Position numbers and translations under genes: made by a program
Notes under the pieces: model-generated
Database searches by the model: none
Told to the model about the DNA's origin: nothing
Seen by the model: only the letters and a program-made list of their open reading frames with translations
Origin: Malacoraja senta
Lineage: Eukaryota
Assembly: GCA_038087875.1 (NCBI GenBank)
Contig: JAXLNO010002470.1
Location: 1-64,000, forward strand
Direction: 5' to 3'
Length of the DNA: 64,000 bases
Shown here: positions 48,946-62,925 of the stretch, piece by piece
Layout: each line of letters opens with the position of its first letter
Position numbering within the stretch: position 1 is the stretch's first letter

Positions 48946-49853
48946 TTAAAGTGCTTCAAACCAACGTTTAAAACATCGCGCTTAATGATGACGTCATCAG
49001 CGCGGCGACCAGAAGCTCCGGTAAGGTTTTTAAAAACAATCCCGATTTCTGGACCCGTTTTACACGATAAATCGTGAAATTTTTCGGGAGAGGAGCTAGG
49101 GGCACGTCTGTTAGTCCAACATGGCGCCACCGGATGTCCTATCTTCGATTTATAACAGCATCTGCAGCTCTTTCCCACACACGAAATCCAGACGGTGCCA
49201 GGAATGCAACCTATTATCCCCATGTATGGACGGTGTGGAATATATGTACCAAAGCACAGAGCCAGGGGGAGTTAGTCGGGTTAGTTTAGACATACAGCGG
49301 CTAATCTCAGCAGACTCAAGATGGTGCAGGTGAAGTAACAACACACACACGCCGGTAGCTCCGCGGCCACTGGTTCAGGAGATCGATCCAATTATTGACC
49401 AACAGGCTGTGGGTGGAATCCGACTGTGACAGACAGACTCCACAGTGAGACACAGTGTCCACAGGAGCGACTGTTCACTCTGATCAGTAACTCAGACACA
49501 GTGAACTTCACAATATGAACCCCTCTCTCCCAGTCACACCGTTCCGGAGAACTGCCTGCCTGCCTGTCCCTAGCACTGGGACAACTCTGGGCAAGGTCCC
49601 ACTGAAGGCAAGAAGAACATTCTAGTGGCTCCCGGCCGGCAGCAGTGAGAGAAAAAGAGGGTTAGTTTCAGCTGTCTGAAAATAAGAAAAAGCACAGCGT
49701 TAATTCACAAATATTTCACTGAGAGGATTGATATTCTTCACATATTCTTGTACAACGATCATCAGTTGGGAACTTGTAACATAATGAGAATCAGGCCAAC
49801 ACCAGTTAACACACGGATGGAGTTATAAAACTTGAATTGTTCTGCTCACTTAC

Positions 49854-49929
49854 CAGGGACTGCAACGGCAGCAATGATCACGTACAGGATTTTCTCCACG
49901 TCGAAATATTCCCGCAGCTTTCCCCCCAT
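49854..49929 (-). pseudogene. GPR139-like GPCR, exon 1 (right copy)
   Basis: MGGKLREYFDVEKILYVIIAAVAVP(V) with a gtaagt donor. The intron is expanded from 2336 to 9343 nt by L1 insertions. Confidence 0.8.
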
Positions 49930-50970
49930 TTCTCTGCCCAGCGACGTGTCCCCGTGAGCTACCGGTAATGTCTCGGAATGAAATGCTGGGGCAGAACATT
50001 CCTGGAGATGTTATAGCATTTTCCGTCTCCACCGGGACAGTGAAGTGTCAACAGAGTTTAAAATAGAGATTTAGAAATGATTCACAAACAGATGACATCA
50101 GCCCAGTGAAATCCCTGCTGAGACAGGTTGTGATTTATTCAGGGAATTGTTTGAGAAACTCCAAAGACTGGGAATTGTGGCGATAGATACTGAGGAATGG
50201 AAATTGGGAGCGACGGCATTGTTCCAGCAAAGGGGATATTGTTTCAAACTCCATCAGATCCAACTCTCCACCTCATGTTGTTTGTCTGATTTCGTTCAAT
50301 CCGTTTCACTCAGGAAGGCAATGCCAAATTCCAGGGACCCTCTCAGGGCTTCTGGTGCCCAGTTTGAAGGTGGACTGGACTGGGCGACCTTTGTCCACAG
50401 GTTGAGGAATTAGTTCAACACATCACCTCAGACTAAAATGCCCCCCCCCCTCCACTCTGCTTCACCACTCAATATGATCGCGGCTTCACTGACTGTGACC
50501 TCAACCCCACACTCCCGCTGACTGACCCCGGGAACCATTCACTCCCTGCTTGCCTGGAATAGATCTGACTATACCATGGGACAATACCATTCTCTGCCTT
50601 CCTTCATCAACTCTGTGGAGCAACGACCCAAAGACTCACGACACTCAGAGAACAGAAACATTGCCGCCTCAGACTTGTCCTCAACCTAAATAAAACAGCG
50701 AATGATGCAGCACTTCTCCTTCCCCTCTTTCTCTCTCCCTCCATCCTTACTGCTGTCACTCTCTCTGAACTGTTACTCTCTCCGCTACGCTCTCTATTCC
50801 CCCTCTCTGGGCTGCCCTCTCTCCGCCCACTGATGGAGGGACACAGTGAGATAGTACTGATGGAGGGATAAAAATGGGGCAGAACTGACGCAGGGACACA
50901 CTGTGGTGGTACTGATGGAGTGACACACTGTGGTGGTACTGATGGAGGGGCACACTGTGGTGGTACTGAT

Positions 50971-53900
50971 TGTTAGGCGCTCCCCCCCCGGTGAAGGCTA
51001 TGTACTTACCTTTCTCTGTTTCTTTCCCGAGTGCAGGCCTTGTGGCTGTGAGTCTGGAATCAAGGGGTTAAAAGGCTCCTGTACTTGATTGGCCAAGCTG
51101 CGTCAGGTGACGGGTGACTCATCTGAAGCTTAAATACCAGAGGCTCCGAGGATTCTGCCCCTTCTTCGTCGACCCTGACTTGTGAGCTGACTGCTGGAGT
51201 GAGCTGCGGAAGGCCTGGCCACCTGGCATAGAACATTGTGTACTTTCACCATTACTTATTACCAAATATTGAATTGCGACGGATAAGGGCTGACCTTAGT
51301 GTTTTCGTGTATTTTGTTTCAGGGTTATATCTCTTTAGGCAGGTTTTAGAGTCTCCGGTTCGACGGTCCATCACGTGGCTGGCTGGAGCACTGTTAAATT
51401 GTTTGTCAGTCCATCCATAACCCTGACTGGGTTGTTTGAATCAGGTTTGGGTTTTGTGTTCCATTGAATAATTAAAAGTACTTTTGAACTTGAACCTGGT
51501 TTTTGAATTATGTTACGCGGCTCTGAAGTACCTGTATTCGGGAGTCGTAACAAAATGGGGGCTCGTCCTACGTTTTGAGGACCCTAGCCGTTTTGGTTTT
51601 TTTTTTTAGAATGCTTCTGGTGAGTAAGGAAGTTTGTGTTGTGAGGGGATTTTTCTTCCCTGTTTGTTGTAGCATTGATGCCCAGGGTTTAGCTGGTGGT
51701 TTGGTGCTACATTTGATATGGAGTTTAAAGGGAAGGACTTTATTGAGGCTCCTAGTCGGGAGTTGTTTGATAGATGTACGAAGGAGCATTTGATTTTTCT
51801 GGCTGAGAACTATGAAGTGCCTATTAACCCACATTCAAGGAAACAGTCCATTAAATCGGTGTTGTGGGCTGCGTTGGTGGAGGGTGGGGTTTTGCCTGGC
51901 TGTGCAGACAGTCCCACACCTTCTGTTCAGCCTGGTCAGGACATGGAGGCAGTCATTAGGTTGAAGGAATTAGGTTGAAGAAGGTTGATGCAAATTTGAG
52001 GACTAACGAAGGTCCTGTGTGCTACTATTGTAGAGGGAGAGGGCACATGTTAAAGGGGTGCCCCGTTCTGAAGCCGAAAAATGCAAAGCCTGTGGCTTTG
52101 GTGGGTACACAGAAGGCACCTGTGGTACCTGACGTGCCTGAGTCTGATGAATGTAGGAATTATTCTGCGATCATCATGGAAGGTTTTGTTTCTCTGAAGG
52201 ATGGGGGCGATAGATTTCCAGTATCCATCTTGCCTGATACTGGTGCTACTCAGTCCTTTATATTGGATAGTGTACTGCCGTTTTCTGGGGAATCATCGGT
52301 TGGGTCAAGTGTCCCTGTGGTAGGATTCGGGATGGAGGGCACGGTAGTGCCTTTGCATACCGTGAGTCTGGAGTCCGAGTTGGTTTCAGGCCGGGTAACT
52401 GTTGGGTTACGGCCGTGTTTTCCCGTTGGGGGAGTTTCTGTAATTTTGGGGAATGACTTGGCAGGAGGTAGAGTTTTAGTTACTCCTGAGGTGACGGCTG
52501 TTCCGATGGTGCAGAGTCCTGATAGATTGGCTATGCAGCATCCGAGGGTCTTCGCAGCTTGTGCTGTCACGAGGGCTATGGCTAAGAGCCAGGCGAAGTT
52601 TAGGGATGTAGTGGACCCAAGTGAGAGCATTTTTGGGGATCAGGATGAGGGATCCTGTGTTGTGAAGGGTGTTTCTGCATCTCAAGATGGGATAGTGTCT
52701 GGAAATGGGCCGGTGTCGCTGTCACGTGACCGGCTGGTTGAGGAGCAAAAGAGTGATCCAGGTTTATCTGATCTGTTCGACTGCGCGGTCCCTGAGGGGG
52801 ATATGGATTCCACAGCAAAGGGGTATTTTCTAAGGGAGGGCTTACTGATGCGAAAGTGGTCTCCCTTGGCTATATCTGGGCATGATGATTGGAGCGTGGT
52901 TGATCAGATTGTGATACCTCGTCGGTATAGGGACGAGATATTCTGTTTGGCTCATGATGGTCCTCTGGGTGGACATTTGGGGGTCAATAAGACGTATGAC
53001 TGTATCTTACGGACTTTTTTTTGGCCAGGGTTGAAAAAGGACGTGAGACAGCAGTGCAGGTATTGTCACATTTGCCAGGTGGCAGGAAAGCCGAACCAAT
53101 CGATTGTTCCTGCGCCTTTATATCCAATCCCTGTGGTCGGTGAGCCGTTGGAGCGGATTTTAGTTGATTGTGTGGGTCCTCTACCTCGGACAAAAGTGGG
53201 CAACAAGTTTTTATTGACAATTATGTGTGCGTCTATCCGCTTTCCGGAGGTGGTCCCTTTGCGTAGAATTACTGCCCCTATCATTGTGAAGTCTCTCACT
53301 AGGTTTTTTTCGTTGTTCGGTTTGCCCAAGGTGGTGCAGAGTGACCAAGGTTCCAACTTCATGTCGAAGGTTTTTGGTCAGGTAATGAAGTTGCTTGATA
53401 TTAAGCATTGTTACTCCAGTGCGTTTCACCCTGAGAGCCAGGGAGCTCTCGAGAGGTTTCACCAGACTTTGAAATCGATGTTGAGGACTTACTGCCTGGA
53501 GTTTGAAAAAGACTGGGATGAGGGGGTTCATCTAGTTATGTTTGCGGTGCGTGAGGTCGTGCAGGAGTCTTTAGGGTTCAGTCCTGCTGACCTGGTGTTC
53601 GCGCATACTGTACGTGGTCCGTTGACGGTCCTAAAGGAGAATTGGTTGCAGGAGGATACTAAACGAAGTATTTTAGACCACGTCTGTACCTTTCGGTCTA
53701 GACTGAAGAGGGCATGCGAACTGGCAATGGGTAATCTTCCTTCTGCTCAATCTAGGATGAAGGGGTGGTTTGACAAGAAGGCTTCTGGTAGGAATTTTCC
53801 TCCAGGTGACAAGGTCCTGGTGTTGTTGCCTATTCCTGGTTCCAGTCTACAGGCTCGGTATAGCGGTCCCTATCAGGTGGTTAAGAAGGTAGGTGAAAGG

Positions 53901-56196
53901 GATTATGTTATTGGTACCCCTGATCGAAGACGAAAGACTCAGCTCTGTCATGTCAACACGATGAAGCAGTACCATGAGCAGGAGCCTGTGGAGGTTGATG
54001 GGGAGGTGCTGTGTCCTTCGGTTTCGTCTAAGCCTGTTTTGGCTGCAGTGGTGCTGCCCCCTGACACGGGTGGTGATGTGGGTGAGGCACGGTTGTCGGA
54101 GGCAGTGACGCAGGGAAGGCTGTGTAACTCTGAGGCTTTGGAGTCGCTTCCCTTGCGGTTGTCGCATTTGACTGAAAGTCAGCGGGGTGATCTGCTGGCT
54201 TTGGAGGAGTCAAATGGGTCACTGTTCTCGGATGTGCCTTCTCAGACATCTGTGCTGTAGCATGACATTGACGTGGCCGGTGCTGCGCCAATTAAGCAGC
54301 ATCCGTATCGGGTCAACCCTGACAAGCGTCATCGTCTAGGGAGTCAGGTTGACTATATGCTGCGGCATGGCATTGCTGAACCTAGTTGTAGTCCGTGGAG
54401 TTCTCCGTGTCTACTGGCTACGAAGGCTAATGGGTAGGACAGGTTTTGCACGGACTTTCGGAAAGTGAATGGTGTAACTAAGCCGGATTGCTATCCTCTC
54501 CCACGAATGGAGGATTGCGTGGATCGTGTGGGTAGTGCATCTTTTGTGTCTAAGTTGAACTTGTTAAAAGGGTATTGGCAAGTTCCTTTGACTAGGCGGG
54601 CGAGGGAGATCTCAGCGTTCGTTACGCCTGATAACTTTCTGCAGTACACAGTAATGGCATTTGGGATGCGCAATGCGCCGGCAACCTTCCAACGGTTGGT
54701 GAACATTGTACTGTCTGGTTTGTCCTTCTGTGAGGCATACCTTGATGATTTGGTTGTGTGCTCCAGGTCGTGGATCGAACACATCGGTCATCTGAAGGAG
54801 GTATTTCAACGTCTAGCGGAGGCAAAACTAACGATCAATCTGGGGAAGTGTGAGTTTGGCCAGGCCACGGTAACGTATCTGGGCCGGGGTCAGGTTCGCA
54901 CTCTCAAGGAAAAGGTGGGGCATATTGTCGCATTTCCTGCTCCAACCTCGAGGACTGAACTCCGTAGGTATCTGGCTATGTTTGGGTACTATAGAGGATT
55001 CTGTCCAAACTTCTCTGCGGTGGCTGCCCCTTTGACGGATTTGCTGAGTCCGAAGGTAGCTTTTGTGTGGTCCGCAGAGTGTCAACAAGCCTTTGATCAT
55101 ATTAAACGTCTTCTGGTGCGCGCACCTGTGCTTGCGGCACCTGATTTTCATCGTCCAGTTAAGCTGGCAGTGGATGCTAGTGCTCGTGAGGTTGGGGGAG
55201 TTTTTCTACAGGATGATTCAGATGGGGTGGAGCATCCAGTTTCGTACTTCTCTAAGAAGTTTAATCATCATCAGAAGTGGTACTCCACCATTGAGAAAGA
55301 AGCCCTTGCTATTTTAATGTCTCTGAATCATTTCGAGGTTTATGTTGGCTCCTCGAATGTCCCTGTCATCGTACTCACGGATCATAATCCGTTGGTATTT
55401 TTGAAAAGTATGAAGAATAAGAACCGGCGGTTAATGAGCTGGAGTTTGCAGCTGCAGGACTACAACCTGGAGGTCAAGCATGTCCGTGGCAAAGATAATG
55501 TCTTGGCTGACGCCTTGTCGCGCCAGTGGAGTTTTAGCTCCTGAATAGTTTCTGGGATTTGGTGGTGTTTTTTCTCTCTTCTTCCGAAACTTACTCAGTA
55601 TCTTTGGGTGGGGGTGTTAGGCGCTTCCTCCCCTGGTGAATGATATGTACTTACCTTTCTCTGTTTCTTTCCCGAGTGCAGGCCTTGTGGCTGTGAGTCT
55701 GGAATCAAAGGGTTAAAAGGCTCCTGTACCTGATTGGCCAAGCTGCGTCAGGTGACGGGTGACTCATCTGAAGCTAAAATACCAGAGTCATCCCAGGATT
55801 CTCTCTCTCCTTCGTCGACCCTGACTTGTGAGCTGACTGCTGGAGTGAGCTGCGGAAGGCCTGGCCACCTGGCATAGAACTTTGTGTACTTTCACCCTTA
55901 CGTGTTACGAAATATTGAATTGGGACGGATAAGGGCTTATCTCAGTGTTTTCGGGTATTTTGTTTCAGGGTTATATCTTTTTACGCAGGTTTTAGAGTCT
56001 CCGGTTCGACGGTCCATCACGTGGCTGGCTGGAGCACCGTTAAATTATTTGTTAGTCCATCCATAACCCTGACTGGGTTGTTTGAATCAGGTTTGGGTTT
56101 TGTGTTATTGAATAATTAAAACTATTTTGGAACTTGAACCTGGTTTTTGAGTTATGTTACGCGGCTCTGAAGTACCTGCATTCGGGAGTCGTAACA
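50971..56196 (+). mobile_element. Gmr1-like Ty3/Gypsy element (right-arm copy) with internal gag deletion
   Basis: LTRs at 50971-51552 and 55615-56196, PBS at 51556-51568, ~780 bp of gag missing at 51973/51981, TAG stops at 54258 and ~54434, and RT-RH open to 55544. Confidence 0.95.
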
Positions 56197-59024
56197 CGCT
56201 GCACCATGCGTCTGACCTAATGACGCGCATGCGGCTGGACGGGGTCTTCTTCACGTAGTCACTCACGTGACTCCGAAGTAAAATCCTTGATTTAAATCAG
56301 AAAATACAAACAAAATTCACAGCAGTCGAACGGATGCCTCGCAGCATCAGAGACCCGGGATTGAACCCGACTACGGATGCTGTCTGTGTGAACGTCGTAC
56401 ATGGGTTTTATCCGGGCACTGGTCTCCACCCACATTCCAAACTCGTGCAGGTTTATAGGTTAATTGCCCCCTGTAAATTGCCCCTAGTAAGATGTGTAAG
56501 GTGCCAAAGTGGGATTGAGATATCAAATTACACTGCGTTGAAACGGGCTTTTCGGCACAGCATGCCCCATCTACATTCGTCCCAACTCCCCATGCTTGGC
56601 TCATAACCCTCTAAACCTATCCTATGCATGTACCTGTCCATTGTCTGTTTATTGTTATGATAGTACCTGTCTCAACCTCCTTCTCTGGCAGCTTGTTCCA
56701 TATACCCACCACTCTTTGTGTAAAAATGTTACCTCCCAGGTTCCTATTAAATCTCCCCACTCACCCCCTCTCACCGTAAATTATACCCTCTGGTTCTCGA
56801 GTCCCCTATTGTGGGCAAAAAACTCATGCGCATTTACCTGATTGATTGATCTCATAATTTTGTAAACCTCTTTCAGAACACCCCATCCTCCTGCACTCTA
56901 AGGAATGAAATCAGAGCCTTCTCAGCCTCACCCTCCCTGAACATACACTCACTGACTTGCAGAACAGTTCAGCATAGGAACAGACCCATGGGCCCACACC
57001 TTCTGTTCCGAACGTGATGCCAAGTTGAACTAATCTCCTCCACGAACACATGTTCCATATCCCTCCTTTCCCTGCATATCTATGCCTTTCTAACGACTTC
57101 AAATGCCACTACCAAGTCTCCTTGTAAATCTACTCTGGACTCTTTCCAGCTGGTGTGTTAAAAAAAAAGTGCATGAAGAATTCAGTGTGTCAGGCAGCAT
57201 CTATGGTGGGAATCGACTGACAAGTTTTGAAGTCACCAGTCTGAACAAGAGTTCCAGCCTGAAATGTCGTTGGTTCATTCCATCCCACAGATGTTGCCTG
57301 ACCCACTGTGTTCCTCCAACAGTTTTGCTCAACGAACCAACATCTGCAGTTTCTAGTATCCCCAGATATATGTTAACTGTTACCATTCATTTGCCCTATT
57401 TTATTACATTTTGTATTACATTTCTGTTACATTATGTTGCAGTCTTGGAAATGTTTTCACCTCAGCTGCAAACCTGCGTTCCTAGTGTACGTTTCTACTT
57501 TGATCATGCTAAATTATGATCACTGCCATCAAAACACCTCATCACTACCACTACAATACTACTCCCATCTTGCAGCCAAGCAATACCCACCATTTTCTAT
57601 ACAGTCACCTTAATACAATTTCTTAAATGAATTTGAGAACCTCTGCACTCTGCTTCAGTGACAGGTAATATTAAGTGTAAATTCACAACTATTTATTGTT
57701 CTGGGGTGGGTTATTTTGCACCATATAAACAGGTCAAAATATTTCTCCTTCCGTATCCCTAAGTTTATTTGATATACGATGATAAATACAAATCAATGGA
57801 TCATTTAAATGTTTACTGTGCTGATGGGAACCATTCATCCTATCAGGCCAATGCCACCTCTCTACTGGAGAAAATCACTCGTTCAACCCCAGCCCTTCGA
57901 CTGTAGTGTTGCATGTTTTTGCTCACAATTAGTTTATCCAATTCTCTCTTTGTAATAAAACATAAATAGGATTCGGATCAATGAACGGAGAAAGAAAATT
58001 GCAGGGGTACAAATGACTATCTTTATTACATCAAATTACAAGACAAAGCATTAAAAAAGCAACGAATCTCATGGCTTTCAGCTCAATGTCTTAAATGAAA
58101 GAAGCCGTGGCAAATACCATCAAGTCTCACAGTCTTCCGCCCATTGGAGACTCCTATTTATGATGGCTGGTATAGAGATTTTGCGGGTCCAGCCACTGTC
58201 CTTCAAAGGTTCTGCATTAAATCAAGTACCGAGCTATTCTTGCATGTCTCGGAGAAAAGAAAGGTTTAACTTATCCTTTAGCTACACTAAATATCCTTGT
58301 AGGCTGCTCCATAATTTCCCAGTTATTCTAAGTGAGCCCTCAATCATCTAATTGTTTCCCAAAGCCAGCCTACTTGCTTACCATAAAGTGCTGTTAGCAG
58401 AAAATGTAATCTTAGGTGAAAACCCCGTTTACATTTTCCAGTGCATTAAGGGCATAATGGACACAACTACACAACATCTACATGCCATACACTTGAAATT
58501 CCAAACGCACGTTGCATAGAATTCCTTATCCGCTCTCAACCCCCCGAGCAAAGTGAGCAGCCTCCCTATCCATTCTTCCATTCAAAGATTGATAATTTTC
58601 CAGAGCTCCAAGAACTTAATATGTGATTCACCACCCTCTGACTTGAGATTCCTCCTTATCCCTTTCTAAAGATACATCATGTTATTCTGAGAAATGTGCT
58701 TGTCAAGACCATGGCATCTGCAGTTTTAGTCTCCTGATCTTAGGAAGAATGTTCTTGTTATGGAGGGAGTGCTGTGAAGGTTCATCAGATTTCAGGGATG
58801 GGAGGACTAATGTATGAAGGGCGATTTGGGCGATTAGTTTTACATTGTGATTAGGACCATTCAAAATCAACTACAACATTCTTATGGGTCTGTACAGATT
58901 CAAGAGAGTCAAAAGTGTTTTATTGTCATATGTTCCAGATAGTACAATGAAATTCTTACTCACTGCAGCACAATGGAATATGTAAACATAGTACATGGTA
59001 AACAATATGAAAAATGAGAAAGAG

Positions 59025-59261
59025 NNNNNNNNNNNNNNNNNNNNNNNNNNNNNNNNNNNNNNNNNNNNNNNNNNNNNNNNNNNNNNNNNNNNNNNNNNNN
59101 NNNNNNNNNNNNNNNNNNNNNNNNNNNNNNNNNNNNNNNNNNNNNNNNNNNNNNNNNNNNNNNNNNNNNNNNNNNNNNNNNNNNNNNNNNNNNNNNNNNN
59201 NNNNNNNNNNNNNNNNNNNNNNNNNNNNNNNNNNNNNNNNNNNNNNNNNNNNNNNNNNNNN
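59025..59261. other. assembly gap (237 N), homologous to 24420-24700
   Basis: Run of N with mirrored flanks. Confidence 1.
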
Positions 59262-61816
59262 ATATATTCAAGAGGGAAATCCGGTCAGTTCAGGACCCAG
59301 TGGTCACAATCTGATGATCAGGCTTCAAGTTGAGATGAAGAGCGATTACTTCTCCCACAGAATGATGCACGTGTGGAATGTTATACCACTGGAAGCAGTT
59401 GAACACAGATCATTGAATTTATACAAGGATTTATATGTATTTGTATGGTCAAAGGATCAGAGAAATAAAAGGATCAAGGTATAAATTTTAGGTCACAATT
59501 GATCACATGGAATAATAGTTGAGGCTCAAATGCCTGAATTCCTATTACTTTTATATTATGCATTTCAACATTTTTGTATTTATCGTGGCCACATTTCCTC
59601 TGCATCGAAGAACATGATAACTGGGATGCTTAAAACGAACCGAGACCCTGGTGCCAATGCCTTTTTGCAGATAAGACAGATGCATACATTGGTTTGGTGT
59701 ACACAAAGCGAGGACAAATCAGAAATAATTTTCTGAACACGCCATCCATTGCTATTTCAATGTGCTTACCCAAGATACAAAAAAATAATACTATATTAAT
59801 CTATATTAAAAAATGTTTGGATAAAATAAACAAAACACGGTCATCGAATGTCCCTGGGTAAGTCGTTCACACCCTGCCCTCCAACCCTTTGAGAAGTGGC
59901 TGAAGGGTGATATTAAAATACATAAAGCTTTTAAATGAATCACTATGGTGAAACCATTTCCACCATAAAATCCAGCAGGGAATTCTACAGAGAATGCTCC
60001 CTCTCCTCCCCTCCCACCAATACTGGTGAGAATGAGGTTCCAGATCAATGAATTGCATTTAGGGGAAGGCTCGGCAAACACAAAAGAGAAAAGAACAGTC
60101 GGTTCTACATTGGAGAATCCAGCACAGACTTGCCAACCATGTTGCAGATCGCATAAGGTGGGAAGAGGCTCATGTGGACCATATGCACCAGTATTGGCAG
60201 GATAGGCAGAGTGGCCTGTTCCTACACACTTGTCTCCACTACAACTTTGACTGTCAATTCATTTTTGATCATTTTGTTCCCATTCATTCTTTAAAAAATA
60301 CAAAATCAACTTTGGCGTAAGATAACTGTGATTGATGCTGTTGCAAATAAATAGAGGCCTTACATTTTCTTAACAACAATTTAATTTTGCGCCTTGCATA
60401 TTATATCTTTCATATTATATCTTGCATATTCCATATATCTTGCCTTTACTTCGCAACATGAAGCCACTATAAAACAGGGTGCAATCCAATGTGTTTACTT
60501 GGATTTCATGCCAATCTATTTCCAAAAATCATATACTCAATGGTCTATTCATCAAGCACATTCTACAGGCAACTATTATTAGGTGAAATCTCAAGAGCAG
60601 AACGTACCAAATGAGCCACATAAAATGAACTTGATCACTGTGCCACCAATCACCGTGGACAATTTTATATTCATATGGATGATAAATTCTTTGCATTAGA
60701 TTAGAAATGTACAAAGTACAAACAATCAAGACTTTTTGACATCATCAAATAACCAAGCGTTATGTGACAACATTTATTGGTGCTGTGTCTCAGACTAAAT
60801 GCAGTGTTAAAACAAAATATATTCTATCCAATAATGACTGTAGCTAATGGAATCTGCAACTAAATACAGAAGACTGAAAGCATTCAATGGCTCAAGTAAA
60901 TTATTGGGACAAATGGTTGATGTCACAAATAGGGTGAAGAACCTGCACCAGGCCTGTGAGGGAAGAGGATGAATTGCCAATATATAGTAATCAGGGAGGG
61001 ATAGGACAGAGGCTGGTAGATCAAACGTAGAACCAGGTGGGGAGAGGATAATGGGTAATGGAAACAGGTAGGAGAGGAGGAGGAAGAGGTGAACAACAGG
61101 AGAATAAACTGTTCAAATGAGACAGAGGTTCACTTGCACCTCCTTCAACTTTCTCTACTGCATTCATTGCTCACACTGCGGAGAAACTAGCTTAGATGTC
61201 AACCATTTTGTAGAGCACATCCCTTTGAAGTAAAGATCATCCTGAGATCTGTTGTATGGTATTTTAATACCCCTTCCCACTCTCACACTGACCCATCTGT
61301 CGTTAACCTTGGGCACAGAAAGTTTTAAGTAAAATATCTGATAATCGACCTGGGTAACTTACAAGCCGATGGTATGAATATAACGTTTTCACATTTCAGC
61401 TTATCCATACCACTGGTGTTCATTTGTTCTCCCACAACCACCCATACACCAACTTTGCTCCATCTGCCCATCATCCCCTCCCCAGCTGATTCCACCTGCC
61501 ACTTACCAGCCTCTGCCCCATTCCTCCTTTAAACGGTTAGAATCTTCCCATCTTCTCCTTCAATTCTAATGCAATGCCTTGACTTGAAATGTTGGTACAT
61601 GTCATTTGCCTCCACAGATGCTGTTTGACCAAGTACTTCCACTGGCCTTTCTTTAGTCTAAAAATCTTGTTGGAAATAACCACAAAGTCTTACTCTATCT
61701 ATAATTGAAACCATTTAATTGGTGCTTAGAGAGCTTTCTAAAATCATGCGGGCGATTGATCAGGATTTATTTTACCCAGGGTAGGGTAATCAAGAACCAG
61801 CAAAAACAGGTTTAAG

Positions 61817-62450
61817 CAGTGTTCAATGCTAATTGTTTAGGTGTCGGAGCTGTCAAACAGGGGCATTTCAGATTTTGCTGGGGGGTGGGGGGCAAGCTAG
61901 TCTCCCTAGAGGGTCAAACAAGATTATAGCCTATTACTACATCCCAGTGTATAGCTAGTACATTAAAACATATAATACTTAATTTAATTATGAAAAAATA
62001 TTGCACAGTTGCACTCACTGATTATCATGAAATATAATTATGAAGCAAGTAAAGAAAAATACGGTTATCATGTATTTTTACAGAGGTGCCGGCAAGACAC
62101 CGACTCGCCCTGACTATCCTGCAGCTCTGGGCCTTCACACACACACACACTCTCATCCTCACACCCATTCACCTACACACCCTCCCACTCACCCACCCAC
62201 CAGCGTTCCAGGCTCAGCTCCAGGCCCACAACCACAAATGATGCACACATCACATGGTCTGTCTCTGCTGCATCATAGTGTCCCCCCTCCTACAGGGAAC
62301 CTCAGTAGTGATGGGTCTTCCCCTTACCCCTCTTTTAATCAGGTTACCCCGACCACACATCCGCTAGTTAAAATTCCACCCTGTTTATTTTTTCTTTAAC
62401 AGAGGTGCCGGATCGGTGCTCAGGTGAGCTCTGGCAGCACTGCACCCCTG
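61817..62450. mobile_element. hAT-type MITE, right-arm copy (TSD GGTTTAAG)
   Basis: GGTTTAAG at 61809-61816 and 62451-62458; mirror of 19808-20440. Confidence 0.75.
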
Positions 62451-62925
62451 GGTTTAAGGTGAGGAGGAAGATTTAGTAGGAACCTGAGAGGCAACCTTTT
62501 CTACTAAGAGGTTACTGGGTGTATGGAATGAGCTGCCAGCGAAGGCAGAATAACAACATTGAAAAGACACTTGGACAGGTACATGGATAGAACATGTTGG
62601 GAGGAATGTGGGCCAAACGCTGGAAAATGTGACTAACCTAAATGTAGCATCTTGTTCAGCTTGGAGCATTAGGGCTGAAGTACCTACTTCCATGCTATAT
62701 GGCTCCATGACTCTTTGTGAGATGAACATAAACATGGCAAATGGAGTTTAATAATGGAAAATATGTGCTCACACACTCTGGTAAGAGCAATTAAAAGAAG
62801 CTATTATCTAAATGGAGTGAGATTGCAAATTATTGGAGTACAAGAGATTCAAGTGCTTGGAGTGCAAAACAAAAAGCCAGCAGGTAGATGCAGCACACAA
62901 CCCAGAAGGTGAGTAGCATATTGGC

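Larger units (their letters stand above)
42802..49138 (-). mobile_element. full-length L1 (family B, ~6.3 kb), right arm only, 13-bp TSD
   Basis: CTATCTTCGATTT at 42789-42801 and 49139-49151, target TTT/AAAT, 5' end GGACATCCGGTGGCGCCATG, ORF1, ~900-bp spacer, ORF2, 3' UTR and poly(A). Confidence 0.96.
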
